Shown: positions 52,750 to 62,917, counted from the first letter of the stretch. The stretch is 64,000 bases of DNA from an uncultured Actinomycetota bacterium (GCA_963751055.1 CAVVTB010000008.1:107563-171562), one strand, 5' to 3'. The notes: a model not told the origin generated them from the sequence alone. Numbers and translations: made by a program.

Positions 52750-53019
52750 TTAGCGGCGGAGTCCGAGACGCTCGATCAGCGAGCGGTAGCGCGCGATGTC
52801 GATGTCCTGGAGGTAGCCGAGCAGACGACGGCGCTGACCGACCATCAGGAACAGACCACGACGTGAGTGGTGGTCGTGCTTGTGCTCCTTCAGGTGCTCT
52901 GTAAGGTCCTTGATGCGCTGCGTCAGCATCGCGACCTGCACCTCGGGGGATCCGGTGTCACCGGGGTGCGTCGCGTACTCTTCGATGATCGCCTTCTTAG
53001 CGTCAGATTCGAGTGGCAT
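52750..53019 (-). CDS. rpsO: 30S ribosomal protein S15
   Basis: [26 protein letters not shown]. Confidence 0.99.
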   Translation of the reverse strand: MPLESDAKKAIIEEYATHPGDTGSPEVQVAMLTQRIKDLTEHLKEHKHDHHSRRGLFLMVGQRRRLLGYLQDIDIARYRSLIERLGLRR

Positions 53020-53105
53020 AGATGGGATCCCCTTTCTGGTCATTGCGCGGCGCCCATCGCCTGATGCGTGGGCTCTCTTTATCCGCGGCCGATCGAACGG
53101 CAACC
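53020..53105 (-). promoter_or_regulatory. Probable S15 autoregulatory mRNA leader
   Basis: Structured 5' UTR (GGCCGCGG...AGCCCA...TGGGCGCCGCGC); actinobacterial rpsO leaders are known, but no model was run. Confidence 0.5.
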
Positions 53106-53197
53106 TGAAGAGTCTACCAGCGATGGCCGCCCCCGGCTAACCGCCCTGCGTCGCAGAGCTAGGCTCGAAGGATGCCTCAGCAACGCCGGATCACCTC

Positions 53198-54509
53198 GTG
53201 ATGCCGCGCCTGCGACGCGATCACTTCCTCGATCTCCGGCCGTTCGCCGCCAGCCCCGCGTTCACGCGCATGTGGATCGGCTCCACGCTCGCCGGCCTCG
53301 GCGGCCAGCTCACGATCGTCGCGGTCATGCTGCAGATGTACGAGCTGACCGAATCGACCTTCGCGGTCGTCGATGATCGCGGTCGCGGGACTGCTGCCGA
53401 TGATCGTCGCGGGACTCTACGGCGGGATGCTGGCCGACGCCTTCGACCGGCGGCGCGTCGCCCTCATCGCCGCCGCGGTCACGTTCGCATCCACCGCACT
53501 GCTCGCCGTTCTCACGTGGGGACAGTGGGAGACGGTCGGCTGGCTCTATGTCCTCACCGTCGTGAACTCGTCGGCCAACACGATCGTGATGGCGTCGCGC
53601 CAGGCGATCGTGCCGCGCCTCATCCCCCGCGACCTGCTGCCGGCGGCATCCGCTCTCAACGGCATCACCGTCGGGATCATGGTGATGGCAGGTCCGGCGC
53701 TGGCGGGAATCCTCGTCGCTTTCACCGGCTACGCGTGGACCTACACGATCGACGTCGTGCTGATGCTGTCGCTGTTCCTCGGACTCTGGACGCTGCCGAG
53801 CATCCGGCCGGAGGGCGAGATCGTCCGGCCGGGACTCGAGTCGCTGCGCGACGGCTGGCGTTTCCTCAGACGGGCATCCAACATCCGGCTGCAGTTCGTG
53901 CTCGACATCATCGCGATGACGTTCGGACAGCCTCTCGCCCTCTTCCCCGCGATCGGCGCGGTGCTGCTCGGCGGCGGCCCGATCACGACCGGCGCGCTCA
54001 CGGCTGCGATCGCGGCCGGCGCCTTCATCTCGAGCGTCTTCTCGGGGCCGGCCGGTCGCGTGCGTCATCACGGACTCGGCATCGAACGCGCGATCCTCGT
54101 CTACGGCGGCTCGATGGCCGCGTTCGGGCTCGTGCTCGGGGCTGCGGCGCTCGGATGGTTCGCACCCGCCGACGTCGATGCGAACACGCCGAACGTGGTG
54201 CTGATCGTCGCAGCGGCCCTGACGCTCGTCGTTGCAGGCGGCGCCGACAACATCAGTTCGATCTTCCGCAACACGATGGTGCAGGCCGCGGTGCCCGACG
54301 CGATCCGCGGCCGTCTGCAGGGGGTCTTCATCGTCGTCGTGGCGGGCGGGCCCCGCCTCGGCGCGCTCTATGCCGGCGTCCTGGCGACGGTGACCACGCT
54401 GTGGTTCCCTCCCCTGCTCGGGGGTTTCGTGATCATCGGGCTCGTCGCGTTCCTCGTGAGGCTGAGTCCGCGCTTCCGCGCCTATGACGCGGACCATCCC
54501 GTCCCCTGA
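53198..54509 (+). CDS. MFS transporter, EntS/MFS_3-like (frameshift near 53370)
   Basis: GGMLADAFDRRR, GPALAG, VPDAIRGRLQG; first TM segments lie in another frame. Confidence 0.88.
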
Positions 54510-54604
54510 ACCGCGCCGTAGCGGAACCGTCGCCCTTCGGCGGATTTCGGACGAGGCATTCCGGATCGCTCCGCCGGGTCAGAGCCCGGGGTTAGAGTCG
54601 CCAG

Positions 54605-55612
54605 GTGCCGACCGACATCCCCGCCACCGCAAGCCCGCCTACGGCGAGCAGCATCGCGGTGCCGCGCGGACCGTCGAATGCCTCGGTCGCCGTCCAGTTC
54701 GTGCTGGCCGGGATCGTGTGGGGCTCGAGCTTCCTCTTCATGAAGGTCGCCCTCGGCGGGATCTCGCCCGGGCAGGTCGCATGGTCGCGACTCGTCCTCG
54801 GCGCGCTCACGCTCGGGCTCTTCGTCGCACTGCGCCGAGACCACCTGCCGCACAGCCTGAAGGTGTGGGGCCACATGACCGTCCTCGCCCTCTCGTTCTG
54901 CGTCATCCCGTTCCTCCTCTTCTCGTGGGCGCAGCAGCACGTGACGTCGGGACTGGCGAGCATCTACAACGCCACCACGCCGATCATGACGGCGGTGATG
55001 GCGGGACTGCTGTTCCGCGTCGAGCGACTCAAGGCCGTCCAGGTCGCGGGGATCCTCGCCGGCATCCTCGGCGTCGTCGTCATCATCGCGCCGTGGCAGG
55101 GTCTCGACCTCAGCCAGAGCCTGGTCGCCCAGTTCGCGATCCTGGGCGCCACCGCCTGCTACGGCTTCAGCCTCGCCTACATGCGCAAGTTCGTCTCGAA
55201 CACCGGCATGACGGCCCTCGTGTTCTCGTTCCTCAACATCGGGATCGCCGCAGCCATCATGCTGCTGCTCACACCGGTCGTCGCGCTCTCACCGGTCTCG
55301 CTCGACCCCTGGATCATCGGCAGCGTGGTGCTCCTCGGCTGCCTCGGCACCGGCGTCGCCTACATCTGGAACCAGAACGCGGTCCGTGCGTGGGGACCGA
55401 CCCGCGCGTCCACCGTCACCTACATCACGCCGATCGTCGGCGTGGCACTCGGCACCCTGATCCTCGGCGAGACGATCAGCTGGAACGAGCCTCTCGGAGC
55501 GCTCGTCGTGTTCCTCGGCATCCTCCTCGCGCAGGATCGGCTGCGCCTGCCGCGGCGGCGCCGAGACGCCGAAGAGGCGGATGCCGCAGCATCCGCCTCT
55601 CCATCCCGCTGA
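54605..55612 (+). CDS. DMT/EamA transporter
   Basis: WGSSFLFMKVA, NATTP, GTGVAY, YITPIV...GE. Confidence 0.92.
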   Translation: MPTDIPATASPPTASSIAVPRGPSNASVAVQFVLAGIVWGSSFLFMKVALGGISPGQVAWSRLVLGALTLGLFVALRRDHLPHSLKVWGHMTVLALSFCVIPFLLFSWAQQHVTSGLASIYNATTPIMTAVMAGLLFRVERLKAVQVAGILAGILGVVVIIAPWQGLDLSQSLVAQFAILGATACYGFSLAYMRKFVSNTGMTALVFSFLNIGIAAAIMLLLTPVVALSPVSLDPWIIGSVVLLGCLGTGVAYIWNQNAVRAWGPTRASTVTYITPIVGVALGTLILGETISWNEPLGALVVFLGILLAQDRLRLPRRRRDAEEADAAASASPSR

Positions 55613-55619
55613 TCGGGGA

Positions 55620-56183
55620 TCAGTCCTGCTGGAGGGCGCCCTGCAGGTCGAGCGTGATCGTGACGTCCTTGCCGACGAGCACGCCGCCGGTCTCGAGGGC
55701 GGCGTTCCAGGTCAGGCCGAACTCCTCGCGGTTCACCACGGTCTTCGCAGTGGCCCCGGCCTTGTAGTTGCCCCACGGGTCGGTGCCGAAACCGCCGAAC
55801 TCGAACTCGAACGACACCGGCTTGGTCACTCCGCGGATGGTGAGGTCGCCGTCGACGAAGAACTCCCCGTCCTTCACGTGGGCGCCGGTCGAGATGAACT
55901 CCATCGTCGGGTGGTTCTCGATGTCGAAGAACTCGGCCGAGCGCAGGTGGGCGTCGCGGCCCGCATCCTTCGTGTCGAGGGAGGTGACGTCGACGCTCGC
56001 CTCGACCTTGGCGTCGAGCGGGTTCTCGGGCGCGATGAGTGTCGCGCTCTTCATCCCGAAGGTGCCGCGCACCTTGGAGATCATCATGTGGCGGACGCTG
56101 AAGGTCACCTCGCTGTGCGAAGGGTCGAGCACCCAGGTGCCCGACTTGTAGCCCGGAACGTCGATCGTGGTGGTTGCGGTCAT
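55620..56183 (-). CDS. YceI family protein
   Basis: WVLDPSHSEVTFSVRHM, RDAHLRS.EFF, GDLTIRGVTK. Confidence 0.93.
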   Translation of the reverse strand: MTATTTIDVPGYKSGTWVLDPSHSEVTFSVRHMMISKVRGTFGMKSATLIAPENPLDAKVEASVDVTSLDTKDAGRDAHLRSAEFFDIENHPTMEFISTGAHVKDGEFFVDGDLTIRGVTKPVSFEFEFGGFGTDPWGNYKAGATAKTVVNREEFGLTWNAALETGGVLVGKDVTITLDLQGALQQD

Positions 56184-56236
56184 GTCGTCCTCGTCTCGTT
56201 TCATCGTCGCGTGCGCGACAAGCTCATGTGAGGTGG

Positions 56237-56263
56237 AACGACCGCGCCGGGGTCATCTATTCC
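56237..56263 (-). promoter_or_regulatory. SigH/SigR-type promoter of the yceI-like gene
   Basis: Minus strand GGAAT-N19-GTT; overlaps the palindrome ATCTATTC-N4-GAATAGAT (56255-56274). Confidence 0.5.
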
Positions 56264-56296
56264 CGTGAATAGATATTTCCTGATGATCGGATGCCG

Positions 56297-57250
56297 TCAC
56301 GCGGCCACGGCCGCGCGCCGGACGCGTCCGGGGGTCTCGCCTGTGATGCGCGCGAAGGCGCGGCTGAAGGCCGCTTCGGAGCCATAGCCGAGCGAAGCGG
56401 CGACGGTTCCGACGGTGGAGCCGTCGGTGAGCATCACGCGGGCCGCCCGCATGCGCGAGGCGGCGACATAGGCCATCGGCGACGTACCCACGACGGTCGC
56501 GAACCGTGCCGCGAAGGCGGAACGCGACATCGTGGCACGGTCTGCCAGCGAGGCCAGCGTCCACGGGCGGCCGGGCTCGCGATGCACCGCGGCGATCGCA
56601 GCGCCGAGCTGCGGATCGCGCAGCGCCGCCACCCATCCCCCGCCCGAGTCGGCCTGGTCCGCAAGCCACGCGCGCACCGTCTCGACGACGAGCACGTCCG
56701 CGAGTCTGGTGGCGACCGCATCGCCCCCGGGGCGGGGATCCCGCAGCTCGCCCGCGAGCAGCGGCAGCAGCGCCGTCATCACCGGATGACGCGATGAGTC
56801 GACCCGGACGATCGGCGGCAGCACCGAGAGCATCTCGTGCACGGCCGGCGACTCGAAGGCGACCACTCCGCACAGGAGAGCGAGCGGGGCGTCCGCGTCT
56901 TCTGGCCCGATGCGCATGATCGAGAACGCATCCCCGAGCATCGTCTGCGGCAGCAGATCCGCGCGACCCAGGATCGGCGCGTGTGGCGATGTGGATACGC
57001 GGTGTCCGATCCCCCGGGGAACGAGAGCCAGTTCACCTGCATCCAGCCGGGTCGGCTCCTGGCCCTCCACCTCGAGATAGGCGGTGCCGCGGGCGATGAT
57101 GTGGAAGGTCAGCGTGTCAGGGAACTGGGGCATCTCGAGCGAGCCCTCGTCGGACGCCTCCGTCCACGAGTAGAACGCGCCTCTCATCCTCACCTGATAC
57201 AGGGCGTCGGTCAGCGGATCGGCGTGCCACCACGGCATCGGCGTCGTCAT
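56297..57250 (-). CDS. AraC regulator with Cupin_6 domain
   Basis: DPLTDAL, WTLASLA...MSRSAFA.RF, LGYGSEAAFSRAF. Confidence 0.92.
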   Translation of the reverse strand: MTTPMPWWHADPLTDALYQVRMRGAFYSWTEASDEGSLEMPQFPDTLTFHIIARGTAYLEVEGQEPTRLDAGELALVPRGIGHRVSTSPHAPILGRADLLPQTMLGDAFSIMRIGPEDADAPLALLCGVVAFESPAVHEMLSVLPPIVRVDSSRHPVMTALLPLLAGELRDPRPGGDAVATRLADVLVVETVRAWLADQADSGGGWVAALRDPQLGAAIAAVHREPGRPWTLASLADRATMSRSAFAARFATVVGTSPMAYVAASRMRAARVMLTDGSTVGTVAASLGYGSEAAFSRAFARITGETPGRVRRAAVAA

Positions 57251-57372
57251 GACTCCTCCGGACGATCAATCAAGATTTCTGTACGAATGACGATAGATCA
57301 TCCAGGCGCGAAGTGCCAGAGTCGGGGTCGTGCTCCTCCGAGCACCCCACCTCTCATCGAACGGAGTAACCC

Positions 57373-58020
57373 ATGAACATCATCGTGATCGGCGCCACCG
57401 GCGGATCCGGCCGTGCCGTCTGCGACGCCCTCCTCGACCGCGGCCACCGTGTCACCGCCGTCGCGCGTCACGCCAGTGCTCTCCCCGCGCGGCCGGGCCT
57501 GGAGCGGGTCGACGGCGATGCGACGGATGCGGCATTCCTCGACCGGGTCCTCCCCGGTCAGGACGGCGTCATCGTCACTCTGGGCATCTCGGAGCCCATG
57601 GTGCGAGTGCGGATCCGGGGAGCTCAGCAGACGCCGGACGACGTCCGCTCCCGCGGCACCGCGGTCATCGTGGCGGCGGCACGACGCGCGGGCATCCGAC
57701 GCGTCGTCGTGCAGTCCTCGTACGGCGTCGGCGAGACCCGCACGCTGCTCGGCATCATGGATCGCCTGCTCTTCGCGCTCCTCATCAAGCCGCAGATGAT
57801 CGATTCCGAGATCCAGGAGGGCGTCCTCCGAGGCTCTGACCTCGACTGGACGATCGTGCAGCCGGTTCACCTCAGCGACGCGGAGTCGCTCGATCGATTC
57901 CTCTCGACGGACGGCCGGATACGACTGCACAAGGTCTCTCGCCGAGCAGTCGGCCACGTCCACGCGGAGCTCGTCGAGGGAGCGACGCTGATCGGGAAGA
58001 CAGTGTCGGTGTCGGGCTGA
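57373..58020 (+). CDS. NAD(P)H-binding oxidoreductase (flavin reductase-like)
   Basis: IGATGGSG, SDLDWTIVQP. Confidence 0.88.
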   Translation: MNIIVIGATGGSGRAVCDALLDRGHRVTAVARHASALPARPGLERVDGDATDAAFLDRVLPGQDGVIVTLGISEPMVRVRIRGAQQTPDDVRSRGTAVIVAAARRAGIRRVVVQSSYGVGETRTLLGIMDRLLFALLIKPQMIDSEIQEGVLRGSDLDWTIVQPVHLSDAESLDRFLSTDGRIRLHKVSRRAVGHVHAELVEGATLIGKTVSVSG

Positions 58021-58038
58021 CCCCAGGGGCAGAAGGCG

Positions 58039-58070
58039 GCGGGGGCGGATGCTGCAGCATCCGCCCCCGC
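58039..58070. terminator. Perfect 32-bp palindrome between convergent genes
   Basis: GCGGGGGCGGATGCTG-CAGCATCCGCCCCCGC. Confidence 0.75.
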
Positions 58071-58084
58071 TCACATCTGGGTGT

Positions 58085-58453
58085 CTACGCGACGTCGATC
58101 AGGTCGATGACGAAGATGAGGGTCTTGCCGCCGAGGAAGTGGCCGCCGGCGGGGCCGTAGGCGAGATGCGGCGGGATCACGAGCTCACGCCGGCCGCCCA
58201 CCTTCATGCCAGGGATGCCGTCCTGCCATCCCTGGATGAGACCGCGCAGCGGGAACTGGATGCTCTCACCGCGGTTCCACGAGGAGTCGAACTCTTCGCC
58301 CGTCTCGTATTCGACACCGGCGTAGTGGACCGTGACGGTGTCGCCCGGCTTGGCCTCGGTGCCGTCGCCGACGATGAGGTCGCGAATGACAAGGTCTGTG
58401 GGGGCGGGCCCGTCGGGTGCGTCGATCTCGGGCTTGGTGCGGTCGTCAGTCAT
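58085..58453 (-). CDS. FKBP-type peptidyl-prolyl isomerase
   Basis: VHYAG, FDSSW.R, LIQGW, IPPHLAYG, TLIFVIDL. Confidence 0.95.
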   Translation of the reverse strand: MTDDRTKPEIDAPDGPAPTDLVIRDLIVGDGTEAKPGDTVTVHYAGVEYETGEEFDSSWNRGESIQFPLRGLIQGWQDGIPGMKVGGRRELVIPPHLAYGPAGGHFLGGKTLIFVIDLIDVA

Positions 58454-58528
58454 GGCACCATCCAACCGGAGGCGGGCCCGCCGGTCAACGCGGGTGGTCG
58501 GCCCGGGCGAGTCGAGCATCGGCCCGAA

Positions 58529-58566
58529 GGGGTTTCGATACGGGCGCCTTCGGCGGCCTACTCAAC
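58529..58566. repeat. GTAG-type REP-like hairpin
   Basis: Minus strand GTTGA-GTAG-GCCGCC-GAA-GGCGCC-CGTATCGAAACC: GTAG tag plus short stem; single copy in this window. Confidence 0.5.
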
Positions 58567-58581
58567 GTTGCCCCGAACAGG

Positions 58582-58632
58582 ACTCAGCGCTCGGTGCCGC
58601 GGCGATGCCTGCGTGACTACCGAGCGCTGAGT
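58582..58632. terminator. Inverted repeat downstream of the prsW-like gene
   Basis: ACTCAGCGCTCGGT...ACCGAGCGCTGAGT, 14-bp perfect arms. Confidence 0.55.
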
Positions 58633-58677
58633 TGACCTGAATTCAGGATGCCGAGGTCGTCCGGCGCTGTCAAGGAC

Positions 58678-59895
58678 CTACGGCGCGAACAGCGCTGCAC
58701 GGGCCTCGGCCGTACGGGTGAGGAGTGCCCGCTCGTCGTCAGCGGCCGACGGATCGCGGCCGGTGATCGCACGCTGGCGTGCCGCGGCGAGCGCCGTGGC
58801 ATCCAGGATGAACCTCTTCATGACAGCGGTGCGATCGCCCCGCAGCGAGCGCGCCCACGTCAGCGCGGCCTTGCGGCCGGCCGACGTGGCGAGCATGTCC
58901 ACCTCCTGCGTGGTGAACCAGCCGGCGCTCGCGTAGTCCCCGAGGCGCCTGCGGGTGAGTCGTGCCTCCTCGCGCCGCAGCCCGATGATGCCGAGGACGA
59001 ACAGCACGAACAGCGGAACCTGGGCTGCCATGTAGAGCGCGAAGAAGTCCAGGAACACTGCCGACCCGTTCCAGAACGCATGCAGCGCGATCGCGCCGAC
59101 CATGCCGAGCACCCATGCACCGACCGCCTGGCCGCCGCGTGCACCACGCCGCGCGGCGAGTCCGAGAGCGAACCCCGTCACGCTCGTGAACATCACGTGG
59201 GCGAAGGGAGACAGGATGCCGCGCACGAAGAACGTGGTCGTGACATCGGGGGCTCCGCCTTCGATGAAGCTGATCGCGAAGTACTGGATGTTCTCGGTGA
59301 ACGCGAACCCCGCGCCGACCAGGCCGCCGTACACGATGCCGTCTATCGGCCCGTCGAACGCGCGTCGGGCGCTGAGGAAGATGATGAAGACGCCGAGGCC
59401 CTTCGCGAGCTCTTCGACGATCGGCGCCTGAACCACGGCCGTGAAGGCCTCGCGGGCGGGCGAGTCGTCGTAGCCGAAGACCAGCGTGATGAGCAGGTCG
59501 ACGCCGAGCGCGATGCCGACGGCGGCGATCGCACCCCAGGCGACCGCGAACACGAGCAGGCGCATCGGCTCGGGCTCCCAGCGGTCCACCAAGCGGACCG
59601 ACAGGAGCACGCCGGCGAGCGGCAGCAGCGCGAGCAGCATGCCGATGATGGATGCGGCGGGGCCGATGGCGCTCAGGAAGTACCCGACGAGCGCCACGAG
59701 CACCATGACGAGCACCGCCGTCCACCAGACCAATGCCGTTCCCGATCTGCGGGGCGGAACCGGGACCGGCGAGGGCGACGCGGCCGGCGGTGGGATGGCT
59801 GCCGCGGGGGCGACCCGCGGCTGGGCGAGCGGAGACGGGAAGGCCGGAGGAGTGAGCGACGGCCGCGGCCTCTCGCCGCCCGGATCAAGCGTCAT
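58678..59895 (-). CDS. PrsW family intramembrane metalloprotease
   Basis: DRWEPEP, APIVEELAK, GFAFTEN, HVMFT, LHAFWN. Confidence 0.92.
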   Translation of the reverse strand: MTLDPGGERPRPSLTPPAFPSPLAQPRVAPAAAIPPPAASPSPVPVPPRRSGTALVWWTAVLVMVLVALVGYFLSAIGPAASIIGMLLALLPLAGVLLSVRLVDRWEPEPMRLLVFAVAWGAIAAVGIALGVDLLITLVFGYDDSPAREAFTAVVQAPIVEELAKGLGVFIIFLSARRAFDGPIDGIVYGGLVGAGFAFTENIQYFAISFIEGGAPDVTTTFFVRGILSPFAHVMFTSVTGFALGLAARRGARGGQAVGAWVLGMVGAIALHAFWNGSAVFLDFFALYMAAQVPLFVLFVLGIIGLRREEARLTRRRLGDYASAGWFTTQEVDMLATSAGRKAALTWARSLRGDRTAVMKRFILDATALAAARQRAITGRDPSAADDERALLTRTAEARAALFAP

Positions 59896-59959
59896 GCGCA
59901 CAGCCTAAGGGTGCACGTCACGGAACACCGGCCCCCGCTTCGCCCGGTAGCTTGGAGGG

Positions 59960-60826
59960 ATGCGCTTCGCCCACGTGATCCCTCCGGGATCCGCCGATCC
60001 CCGGCTCGTGGTCGTCGAAGGCGACGAGGTCGTCCTCGTGGAGCATCTCTTCGATGGGGCTCCGCTGGTTCTCGAAGAGCTGATCGAGGGCGGCGACGAG
60101 CTGCTCGCGCGAGTGCGGGCCGCCGTCGCTGCCGGTGGGGTGCGGCATCCGCTCGACGGGCTCTCATTCGCCTCCGCCGTGCTCAGGCCGCCGCTCATCC
60201 TCGCGATCGGCCTGAACTACTCCGCGCACTCGAGCGAGCTCGGGCTGAAGACCGACTCCACCCCCACGGTGTTCGCGCTGTGGCCGAATTCGCTGACCGC
60301 GCACGATGCCACGACCTCGTGGCCCCGATCGCTCAGCGAGTCGATCGACTACGAGGCCGAACTCGGCGTGATCATCGGCCGTCCCGCCAAGGACGTCGCG
60401 CCCGAAGAAGCGCTCGCGCACGTGTGGGGCTACACCGTCGTCAACGACATCACCGCGCGAGACATCCAGTACTCCGAGGCGCAGTGGTCCCGCTGCAAGT
60501 CGTTCGACGGCTTCACCCCCACCGGCCCGTTCGTCGTGACGGCGGATGAGGTGCCCGACCCGCAGGATCTGCACATCTGGACGGTCCTCGACGGCAGGAC
60601 GCTGCAGGATGCCTCGACAGCGCAGATGGTGCGGCCGGTGGCGACTCTGATCTCGCACCTGTCGCAATCGGTCACGCTGCTCCCGGGAACGCTCATCTCC
60701 ACAGGCAGTCCAGGCGGGGCGGGATACTCTCGTGATCCGCAGGTGTTCCTCCGCGACCGCTCGACCGTCACGGTGGGGATCGACGGCATCGGCGCGCTCA
60801 CGACGCACTGCCGCATCCTCGACTGA
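59960..60826 (+). CDS. Fumarylacetoacetate hydrolase family protein
   Basis: IGLNY..H, DYEAELGV, NDITARD, KSFDGF, ISTGSP. Confidence 0.92.
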   Translation: MRFAHVIPPGSADPRLVVVEGDEVVLVEHLFDGAPLVLEELIEGGDELLARVRAAVAAGGVRHPLDGLSFASAVLRPPLILAIGLNYSAHSSELGLKTDSTPTVFALWPNSLTAHDATTSWPRSLSESIDYEAELGVIIGRPAKDVAPEEALAHVWGYTVVNDITARDIQYSEAQWSRCKSFDGFTPTGPFVVTADEVPDPQDLHIWTVLDGRTLQDASTAQMVRPVATLISHLSQSVTLLPGTLISTGSPGGAGYSRDPQVFLRDRSTVTVGIDGIGALTTHCRILD

Positions 60827-60841
60827 AGCGACCCGTGATTG

Positions 60842-61360
60842 CTAGCGGGCGGTCGAGCAGTCGACTTCGATGCCTCGGACGTTGACCGTCCCCGAGAAGT
60901 CCACTTCCTGACAGGCCTGAAGGACCTCGCCGGAGAACGTGAGCAGCGGGACGACGAGCGCGAAGAAGAGGATCACACCGAGCACCATCAGCACCGAGCT
61001 GATGATGATGGCTGCGACCGCCCAGCCGTTCTTGTGACCGGCCCTCTTGCTCTGCACGAGCGCGATGATGCCGAGGATCAGCGCGACGAGCTGCACGAAG
61101 AACGACAGGATGAACGCGACGATTCCCATGGTCCGACCGGGGATCGTGGCCGTTGCGGGCGCTCCGTATGCGGGCGGCGGCGCCGCGGCGTAGGGCTGCT
61201 GCCCATAGGCCGGTGCGGTGGGCTGCGCCGCGTACGCCGGCGGTGCCGGTTCGGCTGCAGGCGGGGTGTACGCGGGCGGCGGTTCGGCCGCGGGCGGTGT
61301 GTAGGCGGGCGGCGACGACTCAGGCGGTGTGGGGTCGGCGGGGTTCTGCGGATCGCTCAC
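60842..61360 (-). CDS. Pro-rich membrane protein (DUF4190-like)
   Basis: PPAYTPPAAE repeats followed by TM helices (LILGIIAL.Q.K....NG.A.AAII). Confidence 0.8.
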   Translation of the reverse strand: MSDPQNPADPTPPESSPPAYTPPAAEPPPAYTPPAAEPAPPAYAAQPTAPAYGQQPYAAAPPPAYGAPATATIPGRTMGIVAFILSFFVQLVALILGIIALVQSKRAGHKNGWAVAAIIISSVLMVLGVILFFALVVPLLTFSGEVLQACQEVDFSGTVNVRGIEVDCSTAR

Positions 61361-61441
61361 GATAGGGCTCCTCTTCTCATGGTGGCTCTCACGAAACGTA
61401 GCGGTCGCGACGACAGGCAGGCAATCCCGGGGCGGCGGGCC

Positions 61442-62917
61442 TCAGCGGTCCCGGGGCTGGACGACGATGTCCTCCGGTGCCTGCTGGATCGGGATGGCCG
61501 CGGTGATCGCTTCGAGGCCCGACAGCCGAGCAGGCGAGAGCTGCTTCGCGACCTCGTCCGGGGACATCAGGCCGGCCTCGATCACGAGGTCCGCGACATT
61601 GCGACCGGTCAGCAGCGCCGCCTTGGCGAGCGCAGCCGACGCCGAGTAGCCGATGAACGGCGTCAGCGCCGTGACGACACCGACGGATGCTCCGACCATC
61701 GCGCCGAGGCGCTCACGGTTCGCCGTGATCCCGTCCACGCAGTTGACGCGAAGCGTGTGCATTCCGCGCCGCATCCAGGTGATCGATTGGAAGATCGAGT
61801 GCGCGATCACCGGCTCGAATGCGTTCAGCTGCAGCTGACCGCCCTCGACTGCCATGGTGACGGTGAGATCGGCGCCCGCGACCGCGAAGGCGATCTGGTT
61901 CACGACCTCCGGGATCACCGGGTTCACCTTGCCGGGCATGATGCTCGAGCCGGCCTGCCGTGCCGGCAGGTTGATCTCGCCGAAGCCTGCCTGAGGTCCG
62001 GATGAGAGCAGTCGCAGGTCGTTGCAGATCTTCGACATCTTGATCGCGTTGCGCTTGAGCGACGCGATGAACGACATGAACGCGCCCGTGTCGCTGGTCG
62101 ATTCGACCAGGTCCGGCGCGAGGTCGAGGTCGAGCCCGCTGATCTCGCGCAGGTGCCGCAGCACCGACTGGCTGTAATCGGGATGAGTGGTGATGCCGGT
62201 TCCGATGGCCGTCGCACCCATGTTGATCTCGTAGAGCAGGTACGCGTTCTCCTTGAGGCGGTGATAGTCCTCGCCGAGGGTCGTGGCGAACCCGTGGAAC
62301 TCCTGCCCCAAGGTCATCGGCACCGCGTCCTGCAGCTGAGTGCGGCCGATCTTGAGCACGTCGTGGAACTCGACTGCCTTGGCGAGGAACGCACGGCGGA
62401 GCAGGTCGAGCTCTTCCAGGAGTGTCAGCAGATCAAGACTCAGACCGACCTTGACGGCGGTCGGATAGACGTCGTTGGTCGACTGACTGCGGTTCGTGTC
62501 GTCGATGGGAGACAGGAAGGCGTAGTCGCCCTTCTCACGCCCTGCGAGCTCGAGCGCGATGTTGGTGATGACCTCGTTCGCGTTCATGTTGGTGGACGTG
62601 CCGGCCCCGCCCTGGATGACGCCCACGACGAACTGGTCGTGGAACTGTCCTTCGATCACAAGCTGCGACGCGCGGTCGATCAGATCGGCCTTGGCGGCGT
62701 CGAGGACGCCGATCTCCTTGTTGGCGCGCGCCGATGCCTGCTTGACCATCGCCAGAGCCGCGACAAGGTCTCGATACACCGAGATGGGCCGCTTCGAGAT
62801 CGGGAAGTTCTCGAGAGCGCGGGCGGTGTGGATGCCCCAATACGCGTCAATCGGAATCTCCATGGATCCCAGGGAGTCGGTCTCGGTGCGGGTTCGCGTC
62901 GTTGCGTCAACAGCCAT
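61442..62917 (-). CDS. aspA: Aspartate ammonia-lyase
   Basis: QGGAGTSTNMNANEV, QSTND, GRTQLQDA, GSSIMPGKVNPVIPE. Confidence 0.93.
   Translation of the reverse strand: MAVDATTRTRTETDSLGSMEIPIDAYWGIHTARALENFPISKRPISVYRDLVAALAMVKQASARANKEIGVLDAAKADLIDRASQLVIEGQFHDQFVVGVIQGGAGTSTNMNANEVITNIALELAGREKGDYAFLSPIDDTNRSQSTNDVYPTAVKVGLSLDLLTLLEELDLLRRAFLAKAVEFHDVLKIGRTQLQDAVPMTLGQEFHGFATTLGEDYHRLKENAYLLYEINMGATAIGTGITTHPDYSQSVLRHLREISGLDLDLAPDLVESTSDTGAFMSFIASLKRNAIKMSKICNDLRLLSSGPQAGFGEINLPARQAGSSIMPGKVNPVIPEVVNQIAFAVAGADLTVTMAVEGGQLQLNAFEPVIAHSIFQSITWMRRGMHTLRVNCVDGITANRERLGAMVGASVGVVTALTPFIGYSASAALAKAALLTGRNVADLVIEAGLMSPDEVAKQLSPARLSGLEAITAAIPIQQAPEDIVVQPRDR

Noticed and set aside
38440-53380. Programmed ribosomal frameshifting or phase variation
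   Set aside because: There is no shared slippery motif, several genes have multiple breaks, and the gene families are unrelated; sequencing error explains this more simply.
61240-61330. Tandem repeat encoding PPAYTPPAAE
   Set aside because: Ordinary low-complexity coding repeat in a Pro-rich membrane protein.
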